DNA from: Octopus vulgaris | Taxonomy: Eukaryota | NCBI GenBank assembly: GCA_951406725.2 | Contig: OX597828.1 | Span: forward strand, 10,292,001 to 10,356,000 | Length of the DNA stretch: 64,000 nucleotides | Reading direction: 5' to 3' | Shown here: positions 54,609 through 64,000 of the stretch, in pieces | How positions within the stretch are numbered: position 1 is the stretch's first letter | Layout: each line of letters starts with the position of its first letter | Translations under genes and position numbers: made by a program | Notes under the pieces: generated by a model | Told to the model about the DNA's origin: nothing | The model's input: only the letters and a program-made list of their open reading frames with translations | Databases searched by the model: none

Positions 54609-55243
54609 GACATCTAGTATATCATATTTGGGGAATTGTTAACGAAATGACGTCTGCTAGAGAGGGATTAGACGAAGGAATTATCAAACGTTACAATGTG
54701 AAAATGATACCCGTGTGCATCCTCTAAATGGCTATATTCTTGATACTTTGTTCCAATTCACAGTTGAAAGAAGATAAAATGTTGTGTGCTGGAGACAAAC
54801 ATAAAAGATTACGCATACAGAATGGGTGAAAAGTAAGTAGGCTTTAAAAATGGTAATAAATCTATATTCCCTTTACAAACATATTGAAACAAATGAGACA
54901 TGTTCTTTATTACATGAGAAAATTAAGGTAAATTTTATTTCAAAATAAGCACCGGTAGCGTCAACCAGTTTCCTCAAATGGCCGAGGATGGAATGGACAA
55001 CGTTCTGAAGGACTTCATCTGGGATATCATTAAGGACATCTAGTATATTGTATTTGGGAAATTGTAAACGAAATGTCGTCTACTACAGAAGGATTGTACG
55101 AAGGTATTATCGAATGTTACAATGTGAAAAAATGATACGAGTGTGCATCCTCTGTGTAGCTATACTCTTCTTACTTTGTTCCAGTCGAAAGAAAATAAAA
55201 TGTTGTGTGCTGGAGACAAACATAACAGATTATACAGAGTGGT
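54609..55243 (+). repeat. Diverged ~210-bp direct repeat pair (54609-54827, 55035-55243)
   Basis: Both copies run GACATCTAGTATAT...TAAAATGTTGTGTGCTGGAGACAAACATAA; roughly 80% identical by eye. Confidence 0.88.
54819..55030 (-). mobile_element. Tc1/mariner C-terminal fragment plus terminal region
   Basis: Minus strand PDEVLQNVVHSILGHLRKLVDATGAYFE resembles a Tc1/mariner C-terminus; ends ...CTG|TA. Confidence 0.55.
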
Positions 55244-55722
55244 TAGTGTGATAGGTATCATAGAGTAGGAAAGAAGGTCAACATTTAGCCTGTAAGCTAT
55301 GCCTAAAAGAAAGTCTAGAAATCCCTCACACAATTAAAACAGAGTTTAAAGCCTGAAATAAACATGTATCACACAGAACTACAATGTAACACTGAATTAC
55401 AACACAGCACCACCAGTCATCTTAATATGTAGAGTGTTATCCATAATAAAATTTTCCAATAATATAATTCTCCTTATATCTTCATACATAAATTTACCTG
55501 TATACGCATATTAATATTTTGCTTTTGTATACAAATTACAAGTTACTATCTTGAGCTATTGTTAGCAACATACGACTAAGTATTGTTAACTACTTACTGT
55601 ATTATACGCCAATATGTAATTGAGAGGTTTATAGAAATTTATAGAAAGGTAGATACATATATGTTTCAGCACAGACTCCCATCTATAGACACGTAGCATA
55701 CGTCGTAACATAACTTACATAA

Positions 55723-55780
<58 letters not shown>

Positions 55781-56419
55781 TTCTGAATAAATGAATAGCT
55801 ACGCAGAAGGTTAAAATAATATTGTCGGACAGTGTGAATAATTTATTAAAATATATACGTTTGTGGAACTATAAATATTTAAATATATGCTTCGTTATTT
55901 GTTCCTTGCAGCTACAAACATGTCACAGCAGAACAAATAAGATTTTAGTTGGCAAAAGTATTATTGGATACTTTTTGAATAAACACACAAAGCACTCACA
56001 AAGCTCGCTTTCTCCTTTCCCCTCTCTCTCTCCGTCTCTCTCTCTCTCTCTTCCTCTCGCTCATTCCTCGCTGTTAGTCGTTTGTTCTCCCTTGTCAAGA
56101 TAATGATTTCTAGATTGCATGCATGTCGATTTCTTTATACGGCTAACTCATTTGATTCAATACACTGGAATATCATACTACGGCTTTGTTTTTCAGTGGA
56201 GACAATGTGGATGAGTTTCTACTATATCTTGATGCGTATTCAAATTCCATCTTTTGTATATATATATATATATATATATAATACATGCTAAAGCGGGAAA
56301 TGTTCATACCGAGTGAATTCCGAAACGTGTCCATAGGTAATCAAATACCGAGTGAATTTCGTTATTTTTCCTTTCTGTCTACGTGGGTCGTTTCGAGTAC
56401 TTTTGTTTTGTTCGGAAGT

Positions 56420-56641
56420 CTCTTCTTATAATAGAAGAAATAGATAAGATTCTTTGGCTACTGTTTCTAAGCTTCGGTATGTGGTAAAGCAGATCTTTGC
56501 TGAAACTTAATTATAATTATACTCGTAATTATAAAATATTGTTTAAGTTTACCGAAAAGATAGTCCTTTTTCATGCCGAATTCTACTGGAATTATTAATT
56601 TCTAGTTAATTAATTAATTTTACCCTTTATAATTATTGATT
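56420..56641. mobile_element. Family E element (opposite orientation to 7034 and 33290)
   Basis: TTTGGCTACTGTTTC..TTCGGTATGTGGTAAAGC...TTTACCG..GTCCTTTTTCATGCCGAATTCTAC..AATTAATTAATTTTACCCTTT. Confidence 0.8.
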
Positions 56642-56654
56642 ATGTATATATATG

Positions 56655-56850
56655 CTCTTTTATTCCTTTATTTGTTTCAGTCATTTGACTGCGGCCTTTA
56701 GTCGAGCAAATCGACCCCAGGACTTATTCTTTGGAATCCTAGTACTTATTCTATCGATCTCTTTTGCCGAACACCTAAGTTACGGGGACGTAAACACAAG
56801 AACATCGGTTGTCAAGCGGTGTTGGGGGACAAACAAAGACACAAACATAT

Positions 56851-56908
<58 letters not shown>

Positions 56909-57060
56909 TCGACGGGCGCCTTTCAGTTACCATCTACCAAATCCACTCACAAGGCTTTGCTTTGGTCGGCCCGAGACTATAGTAGAAGACACAGTGGAAA
57001 TGAACCCGGAACCATGTGGTTGGTAAGCAAGCTACTTACCACACAGCCACTCCTGTGCCT
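56655..57060 (-). mobile_element. SINE family B, near full length
   Basis: Minus strand GGCACAGGAGTGGCTGTGTGGTAAGTAGCTTGCTTACCAACCACATGG...GGCCGCAGTCAAATGACTGAAACAAATAAA. Confidence 0.92.
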
Positions 57061-57149
57061 ATTGTTTTATGCATTTCAGACCAAGGGCTAGGGCCAAGCT
57101 GAAGTAGCTTCAGTGTTATCAATTTTTCAATGACCATTGGCCATTCATT

Positions 57150-58560
57150 TCTGATTGGGTTCTGGTGAAATAGGGAGATCGATATTACTGCTTTCTTTTG
57201 AGTTTTTTGTCGTGACGTAGTTTCGTCTGGAACATTGGAGAGTAAGGAGTCAAGTGGTTTCTTGTTACCATCTGCTAGTACTCCATGAAGATCTATCATA
57301 TATCTTGGCAATATATTCAATAGCTATGGGCTCTTGAGTTCCAAGCTATTGAAGTACATGATGTTCAGTCTAGACCTAATGGCTAAGATATTTGGAGTAG
57401 TGCTGAGACGTCCATTTCAGGGACTGCTATATCTCTCCATGCCAAAGTTTGGTGGCATCCCTTCCAGGATCTTCCATACATATATCACAGCATATCTCTC
57501 CCGTCTTCGCACGAAGGAGTAGAGTTGCCGTACTTTGCTTTTCTCCTAGTGGCTCAGTTGTTTCATTGATTCATCTGTACTGGTTCAGCACCACTTAACT
57601 GCCTCAAGTTGCGTTATTAATTTGACTGTGAGTGACCATATTTGTGAACTGTAGTCAAGAAGGATGAGGACAAATGATTCCATAGATACAGCATAATTTA
57701 CTGATCGCTTGTTCTAAGAGTTCTTAATATTCAGCCGGCCATTTGCCTGCACATTCCACACTCTGGTTGATATGCACTTGAAACGAGACGTTATTACTCA
57801 TATCAATCACCTGACCACATAGTGTAAATGCAGCTCCCTTTATTCTGAATGAATCTTTATTGCGGCATGTGGGCACAAGCTACCTGACAACGGAAGATTT
57901 GGAAATTTTCTCCATTTAATTGCATGTTGTTGTCTTTCACCGATTTCTTAATGGCATCTAGGTGTTTCTGTAGAAGGTTAGCATCGAAAGGTTACTTGAC
58001 TGCTAGTAATACTTTTGTGTTGCTCTCTTAGTAACTGATGGCACATCCAAAACAGCTACCATAAACAGCAACGGCATTTCATTCGCTATTGCTGCCCCAT
58101 TAGAAAGGACCCTATTGGCTGTCACAACTTGGTTTCTGTCTTTGAGGAAATCATTTAAATACTCTGCCTCTTTTCCGACTATGATGAATCTCCTTAGTCT
58201 GTGACATACCATCACATGACCAAGCTTATCAGAGGTGTTTGCAAAATTGATACATATCACATCCACGTTTTAGCGAGTCGCATACATAATGCTGCAAAAA
58301 CTGAATAAGACATCTTAAACCTGAGCGGAAGCCGTTGTGGGTGTTAAGGAGAAAGTTAAAATCTTCTAAAAACAATCAGATCCATCCTGTCAATGCGTTT
58401 CCTGATTTAGCTGTCATTTATTGAGAGAAGTCTAAATCTCAGCATCCGGTCTACTACATCCTATATGGATAGGTCATACATTGCTTTACTTTAACTTTCT
58501 GAATTATCTATCTCTTCCAATGAAGCTTTGGAAAAGGATCAGTAGTGGTTTTTAGGTTTT
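57150..58560 (-). mobile_element. CR1/L2-group LINE reverse-transcriptase relic
   Basis: DVICINFANTSDKLGH (cf. DVIYLDFAKAFDKVDH), FLKDRNQVV, LDYSSQIWS, RRRERYAVIYVWKILEG, NILPRYMIDL..LDSLLSNVPDE; many stops. Confidence 0.85.
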
Positions 58561-59489
58561 GTTTTTATTATTTTTATAGCCTTGGCTTCTTCCTCTACCA
58601 TCTCCTTTTTTATGGGAGTATATTATTTCTGTCCACTTTCACTCTCAAGGAATGTCTGTTTGAGATATAATTATTCGCTATCGTTTAGTGGACCACGTAG
58701 ACGCCTCGTTATTCCATTAAAGTATTCCTTTCGTTGAGAATTATTATTTTCAGTTTGTAATTCTTTCCGGAACACACTTACTCTATATGTTATACATGAT
58801 TGTCATAAAGTGCTGTACTTTGCGTCAATACCTTGCGTAGAGAGACCAGTAAACCAGATTGGTTCCATTACATCTTTCTGAATATATTTCCAAACAGATT
58901 CGCTCCAGAAAGAACTTGGGTACGTCTAGTTGACGGCATGTTTATAGTTTTCTGTGAACAATATATTGTTACATCTATTACGTTATGGCGGGAGAATATT
59001 ATCAGTTTTACCATAACATTATGAATGAACGCCGCGATATTTATGACGCAGAGGTACAGATCATTTTAACCCCTTGTTGGGTGGAGTACTATTTGTTTCA
59101 TAAAGAGAAGGATTTTGAGGTCAAGCAGAGACTCTGCTTTCTACATTCAGTGACATACATAATAGTAGGCGACTTTCAGACCCTTCGACATTGGACTGAA
59201 TTCATTGTTTTCACTTTTTTTTCGCTCTCATCTTCGAGTTACGGCTAACATTAACCTGCTTGCTTGTGCTTTAGTTTTCATCTTTCACTTCTATCTACCT
59301 GGCGGTCTTTTGTGTTTGTAAGCATGTATACATAAAAAGAAGTGTGTGTGTCTGTCTGTATGTATCTATGTATTTATGTATGTATTTATATTTATATGTA
59401 TATGTATATATATTACTTGCATTCATATATATAGAGGGATTGACAAATTCTTAGGTCATCATTCAAAACGTATTGCAATATTTAACCAG

Positions 59490-59855
59490 AGCATTTCCAT
59501 ACTGAGTTCAAATACTACTTAGTTAAAATTCCATTGCACCATTTGAGGGTCAATAAATTCTCGCTGAGAAATATTGGAACCAATGGTCTAGAAAACCACG
59601 TCTGCCTCAAAAGTACTTGCTTTTACCTACCTCAAAAACCATTAAAATGGTTCACAGGAAGAATTAGAACGTGAAACACATTCTTCGGGGTTTTTTGTTC
59701 TTTTATTTCCACACACTTTCAAATACTGCCGAGGACCACCTTATTTTTCATCCCTCCGGGGTCCATAAACTAATGTACCAGTGTGGTATTGGAGTCAATA
59801 GTATCTACCAATACCTTCTCCATAATTGTTTGTACTTCTACCTAAATTAGTATTG
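59490..59855 (+). mobile_element. Two degenerate copies of a further short repeat family (D)
   Basis: TTCAAATACT...CAT..GGGGTC.ATAAA...TATTGGA.. pattern at ~59505 and ~59718; a possibly related tail at 32735-32780. Confidence 0.4.
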
Positions 59856-60439
59856 TTATTGATTTTACAGAATTTCTTATAGAAAAGAGATGGAATCATT
59901 TACGTTGCGTTATATGATTTATTACAATGTGTACGCAGAATTATTGCTTTGCATTCGAGATATTTCTTGGGTGTTCAAGAATCTTTTCTTCTTACTTCTT
60001 TCTATTTTGCCATATTTCTGTTTTATATTTTCATCTTTAACTCTCTCGATCCTTCAATTTACATTTTGTTCTATATTCCCACTTCTTCAATTTCGTCCAT
60101 TTTTTTTTATATATTCCTATTTAGTTCTGCCTATATTCTAACGCATTTGCTTTTATTCTCTAATGTACAGACACCTATTTACAGAAACTTCAATTGCAAA
60201 CTTCATGGAACAAACATCACTTGCTATTTCCTATTGATCTTTCTAGCGCTGGCTATTAATTTTACAAATCTGCTATCTAAATTCATCTATCAATTTAGTC
60301 TACAGTTACATTCTCTGCATCCCATCATTCTGGATTCTTCCATTCCAGGCAACACGTTTTATATGTTTGTTTCTTATTTGTTACTCATTTTGATTTTTTC
60401 TATTATGTCAGTTCCCTGATACTTTCTTTCCATATATAT

Positions 60440-60491
<52 letters not shown>

Positions 60492-60581
60492 TTCTATTAT
60501 ATTAGCTTCACTCTCTTAATATCACCTTCTATCTTTAGCTATCTATCTCCTTCACTCTCTCTCTCTCTTACTATTTATATG

Positions 60582-60681
60582 NNNNNNNNNNNNNNNNNNN
60601 NNNNNNNNNNNNNNNNNNNNNNNNNNNNNNNNNNNNNNNNNNNNNNNNNNNNNNNNNNNNNNNNNNNNNNNNNNNNNNNNN
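60582..60681. other. Assembly gap (100 N)
   Basis: Run of N. Confidence 1.
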
Positions 60682-61749
60682 AGGATGGGTATGCGTATGC
60701 ATTTATATACGCTTATATCTTTTTTATACATCTATATACACACATGCACGTATATTTGTAGGATTGTATTAAAATATATATATACGTACATTACAGAAGT
60801 ATATATCTATCCTTTTCTCCTCCTCTCTCTTTCGCTCTCTTTGTGTCTCCCTCTCTCTCTCTCTATATATATATATATATTTATATATATGCATATATTA
60901 GCCGGTGTGTGTATTTATATGTTTATATACATATCACAGTGTGTGTGTGTACACGTACAAAATATTCATATATGTAAGTATATATATATATATGTGTGCG
61001 TATTTTTTCTGAATATTTGTTTTATACAACTGCTTTTGAATGCGAGCATTTTCTTCCGCAACGGGATATGTGTGCGAGTTGCTTACCATACCCCTACCCG
61101 TTGAAATACCTATATTCCGAAAATTCTTGAATAAATCATTATTTAAGTTAGTGGAAAATGTCTCTGAAATCCAAGAAGAATTAATTATTTATGCGATTCA
61201 TCTTATCAGAATCCAAAGAAACGAAGAAACCCTGTATTCGTTCGCTATATTATTTAATTATTGAAAATCCAAGAACATGTACACGTTTACTGTATAAAAT
61301 GATATTATCCTAATTCCATTCGTCGTTTCCGAATATTTTCTGCAGTAACTTGGCAACTGTTAAGATATTCATTTTATGCGCATGATAATAAAGCCGGCCC
61401 AGAATTCTCATTTTTCTCAATATTGTATTGAATTATTTTGCTTACTAAAGTCAGAGATATGTAGACAGAACATTTTGAGGATTTTACAAATTCTTCAGGT
61501 TGAAGATGATTCACTTAGTTTTGTATACTTGTTAAAAATATTCCTGTATACAGCAGGAATATTATAAATAAAGCGTGTGTAGTAATATGTACATATTACT
61601 TCAGTTTTCGTTTCAAAATACATGAAATATCGTTGATATACATACATTCATATAAAGTTAATCCACACATGAAAACACAAAGAGAAAACACAAGAACGCG
61701 AGGACGTGGAACAAGTATAGTGTTATTGGACACTCAGGGAAGAAGGAGG

Positions 61750-61784
61750 GTTTAATGTTTCGAGCGGAGCTCTTCGTCATAAAC
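61750..61784 (-). ncRNA. Degenerate minimal hammerhead within a short non-coding repeat (~61660-61865)
   Basis: Minus strand GTTT-ATGACGA-A-GAGC-TCC-GCTC-GAAAC-ATT-AAAC; C3>A and a stem III mismatch. Confidence 0.65.
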
Positions 61785-61873
61785 ATAGGAAAAGGAAAGT
61801 TCCAAGTAAGGGAAGGCGGACCAAAAAAAACCGCCAACGGTACACACGCGGTTACGTTTTGCATATATATACG

Positions 61874-62027
61874 CCGGGTAGTAAATAGCTTGCTTTCCAG
61901 CCAGATTATGCTGGTTTCAGTCCGAATTCATGGCACTTTAAGCAACTGTCTTCTTCTATAGTCTCGAGCCGGCCAAGGCCTGATGAGTGGATATGGTAGA
62001 CGCACACTGAAATATGCCTGTCGTATA
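61874..62027 (+). mobile_element. SINE family B, 5' half
   Basis: GTAAATAGCTTGCTT...GGCAC...GTCTTCTTCTATAG...GAGTGGATATGGTAGACG. Confidence 0.7.
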
Positions 62028-62130
62028 TCTATCTATCTCTCTGTTCATCTATTTCTCTCTCTCTCCCTCTCGCTCTCTTTCTCTTTCTCTCTTTATATAT
62101 ACATGCATACATATATATATATTCATATAT

Positions 62131-62256
62131 GAGAACTACGTTAGTTGTACGCATGTCTGTGGATTGCTCAGTCACTTTCACGTTAATTTCACAAGCAGGC
62201 TGTTCCGTTCAGCGTATCAGCTGGGACCCTCGTCGTCGTAACCCATGGAGTGCTCC
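62131..62256 (+). mobile_element. SINE tail-A fragment
   Basis: GAGAACTACGTTA...CACGTTAATTTCAC.AGCAGGCTGTTCCGTT...GACCCTCGTCGTCGTAACC. Confidence 0.88.
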
Positions 62257-62341
62257 TATATATATATACATTTAAATACACACACAGATCCGCGCACACA
62301 CGCACACATGCACACACACACACATACACACACACACACAT

Positions 62342-62382
<41 letters not shown>

Positions 62383-62384
62383 CG

Positions 62385-62690
62385 CCTGGGAATCGGTATG
62401 AGCAATAGCACATCATTTTATATGCACATTACCAAGATGGCTGCAAAGGGCAGAAAACTGGCAGGATGGACACTGAGTTCCTTCAAGTCGGGAGACCAAG
62501 TAATTGTGTTAACCTTGTGGAGACCTTTAGTTCTCACCCACCTGGGCTACTGCTCCCAGATATGATCACCACATTGTGCCAAATTATGTGAGCTTGCGGC
62601 AGTCAAATAACACTGCATAAAAAGATTGAACAGTGCACCGGATGAGCTTCAGGTATAGTCTGAAAAAACTGCAAATTAAAATGCCATCAC
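62385..62690 (+). mobile_element. CR1-group LINE fragment
   Basis: LGIGMSNSTSFYMHI..KGRKLAGWTLSSFKS..LTLWRPLVLTHLGYCSQI*SP; same domain type as the 57150-58560 relic. Confidence 0.8.
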
Positions 62691-62777
62691 AAGTGGTAAG
62701 CGAATTATTAGCCGTACAGTCAAATTAATATAATATATACATACAACACCAGATATGTACATATATACGCAAGGGTA

Positions 62778-62840
<63 letters not shown>

Positions 62841-64000
62841 AGATAGATAGATATACATATATGTATATATATATGTATGTATGTATGTATGTATTCATGC
62901 ATATCTGTTTGTTTGTATATACATGCATGTATTTCGCTTGTCGTTTCCATAGCTTTTTCTTTAAAACATATACTTATAATTTTAATGTCATTCCTTGTAG
63001 GTTTCCTTCAAATATCTGTTGTAATTCTTTCAATTTATAATACCTCTAAGTTTTTGATTACACGGATTTCTAATCACACTCAACTGCATGTTCACCATCA
63101 CACTTCACTTTTCTATACCACCTTATTTCCCTTTACAGTCTAGCAATTCTTTTTATGTCGATCTTTCCTATACATTTTCTTGAGTATATAGTGAGGCATG
63201 AAGTTATGCACGTCTACGCTCGCGATCACTCTTTTTACCTCTTCTCTCTCTTCCTTAGTTGTTGTCTCTCACTCAACCCTCCATTTATATTCTTTCTTGA
63301 CATTATTTTAACCCGCTATTTCTTTCATTTACATCGATTCATTCATGTAATCGTTACAAGAAATTCCTTTTACTTTCTCTGTACCCTTTCTTCTATTGAT
63401 TTCTTTGTCTATAATCGATATGACACTCTTCTATTGCTCCACCCTATATCAAAGTATTAGCTTTACTTCATTTACTTTATTTTCAGCTTTCTAATTCTCC
63501 CATTCCATTACTAGCCTATAATACATATTCACTTTCAATAAATTGTGTTTTATGTTTTCTCCTTGGTTTAATCTGCTGTTTCATGAAGCATTTTTCTTTC
63601 GTAATACATTTCTGCTGACTAGAATCGACCAAAATTCTGCATTGTCACTATTAAACTGCATGTCTTAACTGCGTAGTGACACAACGCACATCCAAATTTT
63701 GCAGTGAAACGCGGAGGAACACCACAGAAAGCCATACTGCTGACCCACAATCAATATTTGACTTAAGACACAATCTTTTGCCTTAAACTATCGCCGATGC
63801 TTTGCTCAGGATAAACCTTTATCAAACAGACCTTAGATAAAAGTTACTTACTACTTGAATATACTTTCGTTTCGATGATTTAGGACTACAATTTCCTGTA
63901 CCATCTTCATTTTCACTTTAGGATGGCAGATTAAATGTTTGTTCAATGAATATAGCTAATAATAAACCAGTTTCACTACCCATAAAAAAACGTTAATGTT

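Noticed and set aside
56473-56580. Family E motif as an HDV-like ribozyme or SECIS
   Set aside because: Strand order of P1 does not fit the HDV nested double pseudoknot and no GA quartet is present; kept only as an unclassified structure.

Overview
AT-rich, microsatellite-saturated eukaryotic DNA, apparently intronic or intergenic. The repeat content (tRNA-derived SINEs, (TA)n/(CA)n/(GATA)n density) strongly suggests an octopus or other cephalopod genome; this is inference. Only one intact protein-coding gene is supported: a 348-aa Tc1/mariner transposase with DD38D spacing (44108-45154) inside a complete 1,400-bp element with perfect 26-bp TIRs and a TA target duplication. The rest is layered mobile-element debris: about 20 SINE copies built from interchangeable head/body/tail modules, five Penelope-like (PLE) GIY-YIG relics, several minimal hammerhead ribozyme motifs, R4/Dong-like, HERO/NeSL-like and CR1-like LINE relics, Chapaev-3, maT and mariner relics, and a non-autonomous Helitron. 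The most notable patterns are: (i) repeated head-to-head foldback insertions nested in (TA)n tracts; (ii) a covarying non-hammerhead stem-junction motif sitting where PLE termini normally carry a hammerhead; (iii) a tRNA-like Pol III cassette inside a PLE 3' region linked to a hammerhead; (iv) the young DD38D transposon. Two weak host-exon candidates are noted. Most ORFs in the supplied track are microsatellite artefacts. All family names come from motif recognition by eye, not database searches.
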